From positions 1 through 64,000 of the IMG/VR virus record IMGVR_UViG_3300026097_000009: a DNA stretch of 64,000 nucleotides; one strand, written 5' to 3'. Below, piece by piece: positions 30,576-40,542 of the stretch. Positions within the stretch are counted from its first letter, which is position 1; each line of letters opens with the position of its first letter. The DNA comes from a virus. Under the pieces are notes generated by a model. The model searched no databases. It saw only the letters and a list, made by a program, of their open reading frames with translations, and had not been told where the DNA came from. Made by a program: the position numbers and the translations under genes.

Positions 30576-31676
30576 TTAAGAAGATCCTTGCGTGTCTGTA
30601 AGATTTTTTTGAGAAGCTGTAGTTGTTGTAGTTGTTCCTTGGTTCTTTGGAAATATTGCGCCTGCAACACCGCTAACGGTATTTACGATACCATTAATTG
30701 ATTCGGGACTTCTAATAAGATTTATAGCTTCTGCTTTGAGAGAATCCTTATCTAAATTTTTAAAATTTTTATAAGTGTTAATAGCGCCGATTGCTGTGCC
30801 TAAAAAGTTTTGTGGACTCGAAAATGCTGTTCCGTCAGCTACTGATCCAAAAATACTTTCTAAGCCGTCCAAGACGCCGCCTTCGCTGGTGAGAGTTGAG
30901 AGACCTCCGCCTGCAAGTGTCAAAGGAGATGGTGAATTATCATAGTATAATGTCGCGAATCCTTTTGGATTATCTCGTTTTACAATTCCTCCACTATAGT
31001 ATACTGATTCGTATTCGACAGACATTTTGTTTTCCATCGGCATTGAATCTTCTGCATAGTCTGGAGTTCCGTGTTGCCAGGTTTTAATTTTTGGATTTAC
31101 CAAAGTGTAACCTAACCAACGTTGTCTAGCCATAGTATAAATTGAAATATTCTTAAAAAACGGTACTGATCGGCCGTTATCTAAACCAAACCTATAGTTA
31201 TCAAGGGCTGGGATTTTCTCGTTTCTATAGTGTGTTGCACCAAATGCAGGTTCTGGATTGTTTCTATCTTTAATATAGTATCCGTAATATAATGCCCACA
31301 TTGCATTTATAACGCCGCCGTTATCGTCATGGAAAGTAAAGTCGACAGGATCATAACTGAAATCTTTATACAATACTTTTTTTCTATTGTATTGATTTTT
31401 TGTTTCAGTTGTAAACGTATAATTCGGAAGCGAGCAATTTTTTACAAGATAACCCACTTCTTCTGAATGTTTAGCTTCAAACCCTTTAGATGCTTGTTTC
31501 AGTGCAGTTCTGTCAAATTCAAATCTTACATAGTAGTTAAATTTCGTTCTTGGGGCAAGCCTATAACTATTATCTAGAAATAGTCTAGTTGCATGTTGAA
31601 AATTTCCTACTAACCCTTTTGGATTAGTTAATCCATTTCCAAAACCTGTTAGAAATCTTGTAAACTTGTTTGCCAT
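30576..31676 (-). CDS. Tail tube-like baseplate/tube initiator protein (gp48/gp54-like)
   Basis: Tube-fold pattern LVKNCSLPNY..NQYNRK..YDPVDFTFHDD..LVNPKIKTW..VEYE; TAAATA-N5-ATG at 31687-31682. Confidence 0.65.
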   Translation of the reverse strand: MANKFTRFLTGFGNGLTNPKGLVGNFQHATRLFLDNSYRLAPRTKFNYYVRFEFDRTALKQASKGFEAKHSEEVGYLVKNCSLPNYTFTTETKNQYNRKKVLYKDFSYDPVDFTFHDDNGGVINAMWALYYGYYIKDRNNPEPAFGATHYRNEKIPALDNYRFGLDNGRSVPFFKNISIYTMARQRWLGYTLVNPKIKTWQHGTPDYAEDSMPMENKMSVEYESVYYSGGIVKRDNPKGFATLYYDNSPSPLTLAGGGLSTLTSEGGVLDGLESIFGSVADGTAFSSPQNFLGTAIGAINTYKNFKNLDKDSLKAEAINLIRSPESINGIVNTVSGVAGAIFPKNQGTTTTTTASQKNLTDTQGSS

Positions 31677-31692
31677 ACTATTATTTAGCCAT

Positions 31693-31727
31693 AAAAAAAG
31701 CCCAGTTTATATACTGGGCTTTTTATT
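31693..31727 (-). terminator. Rho-independent terminator after the tail tube gene (possibly bidirectional)
   Basis: AAAAAAAGCCCAGT-TTATAT-ACTGGGCTTTTT. Confidence 0.88.
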
Positions 31728-31739
31728 ACTGGTTGAGTC

Positions 31740-32393
31740 TTACTGACCGCCGCCTGTTGTGTTAGTTCCTAGTGTAGAATTGAATGCGGCTCCGATATCT
31801 TCACCGAATCCTTCAATTGCAGTACCAGTACCGCCTTCAGAACCTTTAAGTTGTTCCATATTGTCATAACGAACAGTTAGTGCTATAGTTGCTGGCTCGT
31901 TTGTTGCGTAGTTCAACTCACCATAATCTACAGATTGTAAGAAACAGCCATAAAGCAAAAATGCTTCCAACGTGTTAACCGTTGCGCCGTTTCCACCGTC
32001 CAAAATTTCAAGTCTAGTAGTAAATTTATAATCAATACCTGATCTTGCAGATGCTTGTTCTTGGAAATCAAATTGCTTCTGAATTTGCTGTCCCACTGAT
32101 TTTTGAACAATACCACTTGCATCGTCACGTAAATTAATCGACATAGTTTGAAATTCATACTTTCCTGCAAGATAAACCCTTGAGTTATAAACAGGTATTT
32201 CCATTTCTGAGAAACTCACTTGAGGTCTCGTTACATCTGTTACCTGTCTAGTCAACTCTGTGTTATCTGCATCAGCACCGAAATTACTTAGAGTAACACG
32301 GAATCTATACTTTAACTTAGGCATCAATAAGCCTTGTGTTGGAGTAATTCCGTTAGTTGGTACTGTAAAATTGTTTAAGCTTGTTAAAGGCAT
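31740..32393 (-). CDS. gp19: Tail tube protein
   Basis: PKLKYRFRV, RPQVSF, YLAGK, LYGCFLQSVDYGELNY, LTVRYD; directly after the sheath gene. Confidence 0.85.
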   Translation of the reverse strand: MPLTSLNNFTVPTNGITPTQGLLMPKLKYRFRVTLSNFGADADNTELTRQVTDVTRPQVSFSEMEIPVYNSRVYLAGKYEFQTMSINLRDDASGIVQKSVGQQIQKQFDFQEQASARSGIDYKFTTRLEILDGGNGATVNTLEAFLLYGCFLQSVDYGELNYATNEPATIALTVRYDNMEQLKGSEGGTGTAIEGFGEDIGAAFNSTLGTNTTGGGQ

Positions 32394-35300
32394 TATATTT
32401 CTCCCGTGTTCTGTACTCTAAGCGGAATGTAAATAAATTCAATAGATTTAACTGGTTCTATAGCAATATCTACATACAACTCATTTCTATCTATTCTGCT
32501 TGGAGTGTTGTTTGATTCATCGCATACTACTGCAAAGTCAAAGATAGCTCTTAAACCAACAAGTTCTAACAGTAAACTTTCAACTGCGCCTTTTATTTCG
32601 TCGCGTGTTAATTTATCGTTTGGTTCGAAAATGTAAGGCTTTGCAAGCTTATCAAGCTGGCTTCTTAAATATGCCACCAATCGTGAAACATTAATTCTAT
32701 CAAGAGCACTTGCATTACTTGCACGAGTCTTTTGCCCGAAGTTTACAAGCCCTACACCTGTAAAGAACGTGATTGGATTTATTTTTAGATCATAAAGCGT
32801 ATCTCGTTGTCCTTCGTTCAGTGCAACAGTTTGGAACTCGCCAGTCAACCCATCGATATAACCAACGCTTGTAGCATTAGTAATACCACCACGTCTTGTA
32901 CCTGCTGGTGCAAACCATGGGAAGCTAACCTGATCACTCAGTGTCATAGTTCTTAGCATCATATGCGAAGGAGGTATTACAGCATTTGTTCCACCTAGAT
33001 CTGTTGTGAATCCGCTTGGATAAAACACTGCCGCATACTCGTCAAAACTAACAAGTCCTTCATCTCCGTTATCAAATGCTAAGTTTTCATTAGATCCCCA
33101 AGATGTTAGTGTAGTTGCATCGCTTTGGATACGGAATGGCGTGTCGCCTACAACAAATGCAGTTAAGCCTCTGTCAATGTTAAGGTTGATAAGATTGCTT
33201 AACAATTCAGTGTATCCTGGACAAGAAATTAAGTTAAAGTTACGTCTTTCAGTATCGCGTAGTTGCTCGTTTACATCTACTGCACTCTTAAGCGCAGATA
33301 CTACAACTTTACGCTGTGCATTACGTCCAAACGCACCGCTGCCGTCTTCGTTATTTGCAGATGCAGTAACCCAACGATCAGTAGCATAACCGCTTTGTGA
33401 TTGTCCTGAACTATAGCCGTCGCCGTTTGGACTGTTAACAGCATCAAATCTTGCGTTATCTTCGCCTAGATTGATGTAGTTGTTAGCATAACGCTTAACA
33501 TTTCCGCCGCTTCTGCGTGTGTTATATAGAAGCATACCAGTTGGATACAAATCTGGATCTGGTGCATCAGTGTCAAGGTAATTGCTGGTTAACAATGTTA
33601 CTATGTTCGCCGCTGTATCCCCAGTAGCACCAGAATCGCCATATCTTGCATCAGCAAACAATACACCGTCTTCTGTTGTTTGATCGGCTGTGTCAAGCTG
33701 GACCCATTCTGCATTATTTGCATCGTACCTATACATTGTCGGGAAATTTTCTAGATCAGCTGTGCTAATCCATAAATCATTTGCAACAAGTGCAGTACCG
33801 TCTGATTGTTCGTCTGGCTCCGAAGCACTTACTATAGGACCAGCTGGATCTGTTAATGGATACTCGTTTAGATAACCTACCCAAGTATTACCGTTATGAA
33901 CCATAATATCAACTTCGCCGAAGTTTGGATTATACCATAACTGTCCATCCGATGGTTCGTTTAATGGCTGGCTTGAAACAGCACTGAACCCTTCTGTGAT
34001 CAAAGGCTTCCAGTTTGTAGCAAGATAATCATCATCGCTTGTTGCAGGTAGACTATAAAAATTAGATGTTCCTACATTTGTAACAACATTATAAGGAGTA
34101 AAGATATCAGCAATCGGCGTTCCGTCGCCGTCTGATATTCTAATGTCTCCGCCTAGCGAATGATACAGTTCAACTTGATTATCGTCTGTTACTCTAGCAT
34201 TTACATTTACTAATCCTGCCGCGTTTACAGCTTCAGCCATTGTATCCGCATCGTTAGCATTTCCAATCGCGTCAAACGAAACTGTGGTTGCACTTGAGAG
34301 GCTAAGTTCTCCTCTAAGGCTTTCCTTTACAGTGAACGTATAAGTTCCAGCAGTAAATGTATCAGCAGTTACAGCCGTGCCAGTGATTGCAGTTTCGCCA
34401 ACACTTGCACGTCTCCATAATTTAAATTGTGCTGTGCCTTTGACTGTTCCTGCAACATCTTCACCTTGAGGTACATTTGCGTTTGTCTGTACAAACAACG
34501 AGTCTACAGTTAAGTTTGCGCCACCGCCTGAACGATCTAAATAGTAAAGTGAAGAATGTGTGCTATCATACAGTGGAGCATTAAATGGTACCCAGCTTTG
34601 AATTGCTGAATTCCACTGACTAACTCTCCAGCGAGCTCCTTGATTTGGCTCGGTTGTTTTAACCCATATTGATCCAGTAGGACGTGGAGTATTACCGGTA
34701 GCTTTCCAAGTTGGAACTCTTGTATGAGGTGTTTGTTGAAGTGCAGGAGGATAGTATGTACCTGTGCTAATTCCTAGATCATCAAGTACGCCAGGATTAT
34801 CGCCTTCTTCAATTTGAATGACACCGCCTGAGGAACTATCTTCTGTAATTGCTGTACCGTCGCTGTACAAATAAAGTGCGCCACTTACATTTTTAGCATA
34901 AATTCCCGGAATAGTTGTTCCTATTGTACTTACTAAACCGTCTAGTGTTTCTGTTCCAGGAACAGTAATAGTTGTTCCATTAATTTTGAAGTTTTCTCCA
35001 CTTGATAGTGTTTCTGTTAACACATCGCCCTGAACTGCAGGATGGCTTGCAATCCAATCTGCAGAACCTACCAATACCCAAGAGCCGGCGTCAACTCCTG
35101 CTCCTAAGCCGCTGCCTGCTGATTTGTAATACAGTTTTGCATTTTCTTTGATGGTTGTTCCTGTTTCGAATACAACCGCATAATCGCCTATCGCTCCAAC
35201 ACTGCCCTTAGGTGCATTACTGGTAATTCTGCTTGAATCGTCATCTGTCAATACTATAGGTTGCTTGTAACTAAAACGCTGTCCGCCTGTAGTAGTGGCA

Positions 35301-35758
35301 GCCGCGCCGTTCCATTCTTGAATACCAAATGTGGTAGTTGCTGTGTTAACCCACCAAGCACCGTCGTCTGGTTCTGCGCCAGGTTCAGTTGTTGATGCTT
35401 CTAATTGATCTAAATCTACGTCTGCTCTTGCTACAAATACTGAATTTGTAACACCTAATAGGCTGTATGCCGCTAATAGTCCGTATTCGTTTCTTTCTGA
35501 TCCGTGTACTGGCGTTCCTGAAACAGTTTTTTCAAAGAAAGGAACACCAAATGTATCTAATAATTCTCTTTGACTTGTGATTCTAAAAACGCTTCCCGCA
35601 TTTGCTTGAGTTGTTCCTGCCGCAGTGCCCGTGCCTGCCGCATTGGATTTGTTCTGTCCCGTTGCTACTATAATAGCCGCTGTAGTTCCTGGCTCAGCTG
35701 GCGTATAAAAGCTTTCGTCAATTACAGTAACTTCAACTCCCGGTGATGATAAAGCCAT
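32393..35758 (-). CDS. gp18: Tail sheath protein with large internal insertion
   Basis: N-terminal SPGVEVTVIDES; C-terminal PWFAPAGTRRG, INPI, ALDRINVSRL, IFEPND, IEFIYIP. Confidence 0.93.
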   Translation of the reverse strand: MALSSPGVEVTVIDESFYTPAEPGTTAAIIVATGQNKSNAAGTGTAAGTTQANAGSVFRITSQRELLDTFGVPFFEKTVSGTPVHGSERNEYGLLAAYSLLGVTNSVFVARADVDLDQLEASTTEPGAEPDDGAWWVNTATTTFGIQEWNGAAATTTGGQRFSYKQPIVLTDDDSSRITSNAPKGSVGAIGDYAVVFETGTTIKENAKLYYKSAGSGLGAGVDAGSWVLVGSADWIASHPAVQGDVLTETLSSGENFKINGTTITVPGTETLDGLVSTIGTTIPGIYAKNVSGALYLYSDGTAITEDSSSGGVIQIEEGDNPGVLDDLGISTGTYYPPALQQTPHTRVPTWKATGNTPRPTGSIWVKTTEPNQGARWRVSQWNSAIQSWVPFNAPLYDSTHSSLYYLDRSGGGANLTVDSLFVQTNANVPQGEDVAGTVKGTAQFKLWRRASVGETAITGTAVTADTFTAGTYTFTVKESLRGELSLSSATTVSFDAIGNANDADTMAEAVNAAGLVNVNARVTDDNQVELYHSLGGDIRISDGDGTPIADIFTPYNVVTNVGTSNFYSLPATSDDDYLATNWKPLITEGFSAVSSQPLNEPSDGQLWYNPNFGEVDIMVHNGNTWVGYLNEYPLTDPAGPIVSASEPDEQSDGTALVANDLWISTADLENFPTMYRYDANNAEWVQLDTADQTTEDGVLFADARYGDSGATGDTAANIVTLLTSNYLDTDAPDPDLYPTGMLLYNTRRSGGNVKRYANNYINLGEDNARFDAVNSPNGDGYSSGQSQSGYATDRWVTASANNEDGSGAFGRNAQRKVVVSALKSAVDVNEQLRDTERRNFNLISCPGYTELLSNLINLNIDRGLTAFVVGDTPFRIQSDATTLTSWGSNENLAFDNGDEGLVSFDEYAAVFYPSGFTTDLGGTNAVIPPSHMMLRTMTLSDQVSFPWFAPAGTRRGGITNATSVGYIDGLTGEFQTVALNEGQRDTLYDLKINPITFFTGVGLVNFGQKTRASNASALDRINVSRLVAYLRSQLDKLAKPYIFEPNDKLTRDEIKGAVESLLLELVGLRAIFDFAVVCDESNNTPSRIDRNELYVDIAIEPVKSIEFIYIPLRVQNTGEI

Positions 35759-35786
35759 ATTGTTCTCCTAATATTGAACTGTGTAG

Positions 35787-35826
35787 TATTTAGTGTAAAC
35801 CCGCAAAAAAATACTTGATATAAATA
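35787..35826. promoter_or_regulatory. Divergent late promoters for the sheath gene and the HNH-like gene
   Basis: TAAATA on - at 35792-35787 (leader contains AGGAG); TATAAATA on + at 35819-35826. Confidence 0.65.
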
Positions 35827-35853
35827 GAAAAAAGGGGTAAAAAAGGTTCAATT

Positions 35854-36189
35854 ATGCGTCCAATGTGCAAATGTGGTGAAAGACCCAGGGCAATTAACTA
35901 TAAAAAAAATGATAAAACGTATTATCGAAGTCTATGCGAAGTCTGTTTATCTAACGGCTTGTATCACAGAGTTCCTAGATGGAAACGTGCAGGTTACAAA
36001 ATTAAAGACAAATGCGAACGCTGTGGATTTACATCAGCTGTAGCTAAAGTTTTTAAGGTTTTTCATGTCGATGGAGATCTAAACAACTGTAGGTACAGAA
36101 ATCTAAAGACTGTTTGTAGTAATTGTTCTATCATAATTCAACAAAGCGAAACACGATGGAAGATAGGAGATCTAGAAGCAGATTTTTAG
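35854..36189 (+). CDS. Small Zn-binding HNH-like protein
   Basis: CKC, CEVC, CERC, HVDGDLNN...NLKTVCSNC. Confidence 0.7.
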   Translation: MRPMCKCGERPRAINYKKNDKTYYRSLCEVCLSNGLYHRVPRWKRAGYKIKDKCERCGFTSAVAKVFKVFHVDGDLNNCRYRNLKTVCSNCSIIIQQSETRWKIGDLEADF

Positions 36190-36190
36190 A

Positions 36191-36796
36191 TTAGAAGTGT
36201 TTTTGTATTTGTGTTTGCAAGTGTTCTATATCTTTGTCGTTATTAATCACAACATCAAACTCTGTACCTATCCACATATATTCGCTAGGATGAACGTTAT
36301 ATTTTTCCATAGAAGATGTGTCATTAAGTGCGTTAGCCATTACAGCTTGTGCCCACCAGTTAGGAAGTTCTCCTCTTTTTACCCACCAAATTTCGCCACC
36401 TAGTTCTTTAATTGAATTTATTTCGTTGGGAAATCTGCAATCGGATATAATAATGTTGTCTGTTGTATTTTCTATTTTTTTCTGTAGACTGTAAATCCAC
36501 ATATCGTTATGAAAATTATCTCGGATAACATCGGTCCCCCAATATTGTAATACCCACCTCGGAGTCAATGTTGGCATATTAAGTTTGTCTGCCCACCAGT
36601 GATCTACTGATTCGCGCCAAGTTCTATCTTCTTCAGTAATGCCTTCGAGTTTGTCTCGATCCCATTGAAATGCACAAGCAACACAATCTTTCAAAGAAGA
36701 TGCAAAACTTTCTTGTTTAAATTGATAGTTATCGATGAGATATTTTGCAACAGTATCTTTTCCGCTTCCGATCAATCCACAAAGACCTATAATCAT
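36191..36796 (-). CDS. gp1: Deoxynucleoside monophosphate kinase (T4 gp1-like)
   Basis: GLIGSGKDT, SFASSLKD, TPRWVLQYWGT, ISDCRFPNE, HPSE. Confidence 0.92.
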   Translation of the reverse strand: MIIGLCGLIGSGKDTVAKYLIDNYQFKQESFASSLKDCVACAFQWDRDKLEGITEEDRTWRESVDHWWADKLNMPTLTPRWVLQYWGTDVIRDNFHNDMWIYSLQKKIENTTDNIIISDCRFPNEINSIKELGGEIWWVKRGELPNWWAQAVMANALNDTSSMEKYNVHPSEYMWIGTEFDVVINNDKDIEHLQTQIQKHF

Positions 36797-36815
36797 TTTA
36801 TACTCCTATCTATAT

Positions 36816-36844
36816 ATTATAGTAGAAAAAGTATTACAAGTCAA
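36816..36844 (-). promoter_or_regulatory. Near-consensus sigma70 promoter for dNMP kinase
   Basis: TTGACT (36844-36839), 17 nt spacer, TATAAT (36821-36816), then an AGGAG RBS. Confidence 0.85.
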
Positions 36845-37113
36845 CGTTTTTTGTTTAATCTACGGATTAACTTAGAAACAGGATTAGTTCTTTTTGTGAA
36901 TTTAGCTCTACGTGCTTGACGAACTCCGGTAGTAGCTCTGGTTTTTTTCATTCGCTGTGCTTTAGCAACATCAGGATGAGCAAAACAATCCGATGGCTTC
37001 GGAACTGTTCTGCCTTTTCTCGGTCCAAACATGCATCTATATTTTAGCTTAGGGCCGCTTTTGCTTTTTGACCATACTGCTTGTACTTCGTTTATAAATT
37101 CATCTGCTTTCAT
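36841..37113 (-). CDS. Small, highly basic protein (candidate internal/DNA-binding virion protein)
   Basis: Start at ATG 37113, MKADEFINE followed by a K/R-rich body with two Cys. Confidence 0.6.
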   Translation of the reverse strand: MKADEFINEVQAVWSKSKSGPKLKYRCMFGPRKGRTVPKPSDCFAHPDVAKAQRMKKTRATTGVRQARRAKFTKRTNPVSKLIRRLNKKR

Positions 37114-37871
37114 TAACCAATTACCCAACCGTAGCCATGTCCGCCCGACACTAAATTAGTTAGCTCTAAAGTTAATCTATCAAGATCGGCCTGGCCTTCG
37201 GCTTTCATGCTCGATCCGTTTAGAGCAGTTCCCCCTTGTGGGCCTGCAATACTGGCAAACTTTTCTCTTGCTTGTCCTAACATGATTTTGCAGTTTGCTA
37301 ACGAATAATCTTTAATCCATTGTCCTGCATAGGTGTCTTCGATAATTGCAAAATCAGGCCTTACATTATAAGCCCAAAGCAAAACCTGTTCGTCTGCTCT
37401 CGGACGTTGCATTATTGTGAGTTTATGAGCCTGAGAATTCCAATTAAAGTTAATAAAACTGCCAAACATTTTTCCAACAAGTTCTTGATAACCTGCAAAT
37501 AATTCATACGTTGCAAGCCCGCCCATATTGGTTGAACTAAGCAAATATGTGTTTGTATAAGCAAGATTAAACGGTTCGAATACAGTGCCGCCTTGGCCGC
37601 CGCCGGTTCTTGAACCAATACTTCTACGATAAACTTGTCTTACTTGTTGTACTTCTTGTGGAAGAATATAATCATTCTGATCTTCATTCAATGTCAAGAA
37701 CAAATAACTTTCCTCAACACTGTTATCAGAACGTTGTCTGAACACCGCTAAAGATCGGTCTAACGCAGTTTTATAATGTTCAGGATCTAATTCTACATCA
37801 ATCATGCCGTCGCCCAACATGGTCCTGCAATAATCATAAACTTCCTGTCTGTGTTGATCTATTTGACTCAT
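37113..37871 (-). CDS. gp13: Neck protein gp13-like
   Basis: LGDGMIDVELD, WIKDYSLANCK.MLG..REKF..IAGPQGG..LNG. Confidence 0.85.
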   Translation of the reverse strand: MSQIDQHRQEVYDYCRTMLGDGMIDVELDPEHYKTALDRSLAVFRQRSDNSVEESYLFLTLNEDQNDYILPQEVQQVRQVYRRSIGSRTGGGQGGTVFEPFNLAYTNTYLLSSTNMGGLATYELFAGYQELVGKMFGSFINFNWNSQAHKLTIMQRPRADEQVLLWAYNVRPDFAIIEDTYAGQWIKDYSLANCKIMLGQAREKFASIAGPQGGTALNGSSMKAEGQADLDRLTLELTNLVSGGHGYGWVIG

Positions 37872-37876
37872 ATGTA

Positions 37877-37893
37877 TATTTATCCGGTAAATA
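37877..37893. promoter_or_regulatory. Back-to-back late promoters between gp13 and gp14
   Basis: CAT-ATGTA-TATTTA-TCCGG-TAAATA-TAGTT-ATG: TAAATA-N5-ATG on both strands. Confidence 0.8.
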
Positions 37894-37898
37894 TAGTT

Positions 37899-39167
37899 AT
37901 GCCAAGATTAAGTTTATATCGTCCGGAGAAAGGTAAAGATTATAAATTCATAGATAGAACTGTTTATGAAATGTTTCAAGTTGGTGGTACCGATGTGTAC
38001 CTACATAAGTATCTAGGACCTAACACAGAAAATTCAGAAAATACACCGAGTCAGCCTCAGTATGACGGTGCGCTTGAATCTCAAATTCAAGATTTATTAT
38101 TTTTAGAAAACAGGGATCGAAAATATGATCCTGACATCTATATGTTGCGAGGCGTGTATAACGTATCTAATACCGATTTTAATTTAAGTCAATTTGGATT
38201 ATTTTTACAAAACGATACACTTTTTATTGTTTTTCACATAAACGATTCTGTGGAAAAAATTGGCAGAAAAATCATAGCGGGCGATGTGCTAGAATTACCT
38301 CATCTCGATGACGAACACGCATTAAACGATCTTCAGTTTGCACTAAGAAGATTTTATGTTATTGAAGAAGTTAATCGTGCCGCAGAAGGATTCAGTGTTA
38401 CTTGGTATCCTCATTTGTACAGAGCAAAATGTACACCGCTTGTAGATAGTCAAGAGTACAAGGATATTCTCGACGGGATTGCCGATCGAACAGGCGAAGA
38501 TACCGAAACGTCTCTTAGAGATATTATGAGCACATACGAACGAGAAATGCAAATCACACAGGCAGTTCTCGATCAAGCGGAAGAAGATGCTCCTAAGTCA
38601 GGATATGACACTTCTAAATACTATCACTTACAAACAGACGATCAAGGCAATGCAGAATTAGTCACAGTAGATACCAGTAATATCGACGCATCCGAACAGA
38701 CACAGGCAACAGATGTAGACGGAAACCTATTATTTGATACATCCGGCGATCCAGTTTATATTAATCCTACAGCATCTGCACTGTTAGAAACAGCAGACGA
38801 AAAGAAATATAATGGTTATATTTTATCTGACGGATTACCCACAAATGGTGCTCCGTTTACCGCAGGATTGGCATTTCCATCGTCCGCTGTTCAAGGGCAA
38901 TTTTGTTTAAGGAAAGATTATCATCCTAATCGATTGTTCAGATACAACGGAACACGTTGGATTAAAGTAGAGGATTCAGTAAGAATGACTATGAGTAATT
39001 TAGGACCTAGTGATGTTCAAGAAGGAGGAGTGTTCGAAGGAAAAGATGCACGTGAAACTCTTAAAACTTCTTTTATTAACAATACTAATACAGATACAAT
39101 TAATGGCAAAGAGATTACAGAAAAACAAAGTTTATCTAAAGCACTTAGACCAGAGGCCGACGAATAA
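37899..39167 (+). CDS. gp14: Neck / head-closure protein gp14-like with C-terminal extension
   Basis: QDLLFLENRDRKY, LSQFGL, GDVLELP, FYVIEEV; start at ATG 37899; sits between gp13 and gp15 homologues. Confidence 0.7.
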   Translation: MPRLSLYRPEKGKDYKFIDRTVYEMFQVGGTDVYLHKYLGPNTENSENTPSQPQYDGALESQIQDLLFLENRDRKYDPDIYMLRGVYNVSNTDFNLSQFGLFLQNDTLFIVFHINDSVEKIGRKIIAGDVLELPHLDDEHALNDLQFALRRFYVIEEVNRAAEGFSVTWYPHLYRAKCTPLVDSQEYKDILDGIADRTGEDTETSLRDIMSTYEREMQITQAVLDQAEEDAPKSGYDTSKYYHLQTDDQGNAELVTVDTSNIDASEQTQATDVDGNLLFDTSGDPVYINPTASALLETADEKKYNGYILSDGLPTNGAPFTAGLAFPSSAVQGQFCLRKDYHPNRLFRYNGTRWIKVEDSVRMTMSNLGPSDVQEGGVFEGKDARETLKTSFINNTNTDTINGKEITEKQSLSKALRPEADE

Positions 39168-40531
39168 TGGATTTCTTTTATGATGGGCAAGTAAGGCGTT
39201 ATGTTACGCAATTCATGAGAATTTTTATAGGATTCAAGTACCAAACCGGTGACGGTACACAGAAGACTATCCCTGTAGCTTACGGAGATTTAACTCGTCA
39301 AGTTGCCAGTATTATTAGAGAAAATTCTGAAAACAAAATGCCAACAGTGCCGAGGATTGCCTGCTACGTTTCTGACTTACAGATTGATACTTCGCGATTG
39401 TCAGATGCTTCATTTGTTTCTAAAATGAATATCAGAGAACGTTCATACGAAGAAGTTGACGGACAAATTGAATATAAAAACTATCAGGGCGGCGGATACA
39501 CTGTAGAAAGATTAATGCCAACACCGTTTTTGATGAAAATGAAATGCGACATATGGAGCTCTAATACTGATCAAAAACTTCAAATACTAGAACAAATTTT
39601 AGTGATGTTTAATCCCAGCCTCGAAATTCAAACCACTGATAACTACATTGATTGGACTTCGTTGAGCAGTGTATATCTAGAAAACATTACGTTTACATCT
39701 AGATCAGTTCCTGTCGGAGTAGACGACGATATAGACGTCTGCACAATAGAATTTAGTATGCCGATTTATATTACGCCGCCGGCTAAAGTGAAAAAATTAG
39801 GCATTGTTAAAACTATTATCGCTAATGTTTTTACCGAGCAGGGAGATATTGTAGATATTCAAGATTTGATATACAACGAAGACGAGGCAGCCGCACAGGT
39901 AAGAGTATCCGTGGATGGTTATCCAGTGATATTATCTAAATCAAATAATCTAGATGCAAACGATTTCAGTTTATTTGCATATGATGTTAGACAGGTTGCT
40001 CTACAGTTAGGACTAGATGCTAACAATATTACTATAGGCAACAAAGTTGACTGGTACAAAATACTGGAATTGCATGGCGGTTATACCAACACCAGTTTAA
40101 TTCATTTCTTACAGCCTAACGGATTTGAAATAACCGGAACATTTGCGGTAAATCCAGCAGATCCTACAGCACTAACAGTATCGATAGATGCTGATACTAT
40201 TCCTACTAATACAATCGATTCTATCACAGCAATTATAAATCCTCAAACGTTTAATCCCGGCAATAATGTGTCAGCTGGTACTAGATATCTAATTTTAGAG
40301 GATGTAGGACAAGATACCCCTCCGTGGAGATTAAATGCACCAGCAAATTCTATTATCGAGTATGACGGTAGTAGCTGGGAGATGAGTTTTGATCCTAGGA
40401 TTCCATCCGATGTACAGTATGTTCAAAATCAAAGAACACTAATTCAATATAAATGGACTGGCGAAGAATGGCTTAAGTCGTTTGAAGGAGAATATGCAGC
40501 CGGATACTGGCGATTTGAACTTGACATATAA
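39167..40531 (+). CDS. gp15: Tail sheath stabiliser / tail terminator gp15-like with C-terminal extension
   Basis: FFYDGQVRRY, IPVAYG, QKLQILEQILVMFNP. Confidence 0.85.
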   Translation: MDFFYDGQVRRYVTQFMRIFIGFKYQTGDGTQKTIPVAYGDLTRQVASIIRENSENKMPTVPRIACYVSDLQIDTSRLSDASFVSKMNIRERSYEEVDGQIEYKNYQGGGYTVERLMPTPFLMKMKCDIWSSNTDQKLQILEQILVMFNPSLEIQTTDNYIDWTSLSSVYLENITFTSRSVPVGVDDDIDVCTIEFSMPIYITPPAKVKKLGIVKTIIANVFTEQGDIVDIQDLIYNEDEAAAQVRVSVDGYPVILSKSNNLDANDFSLFAYDVRQVALQLGLDANNITIGNKVDWYKILELHGGYTNTSLIHFLQPNGFEITGTFAVNPADPTALTVSIDADTIPTNTIDSITAIINPQTFNPGNNVSAGTRYLILEDVGQDTPPWRLNAPANSIIEYDGSSWEMSFDPRIPSDVQYVQNQRTLIQYKWTGEEWLKSFEGEYAAGYWRFELDI

Positions 40532-40542
40532 TAATTATTTGT

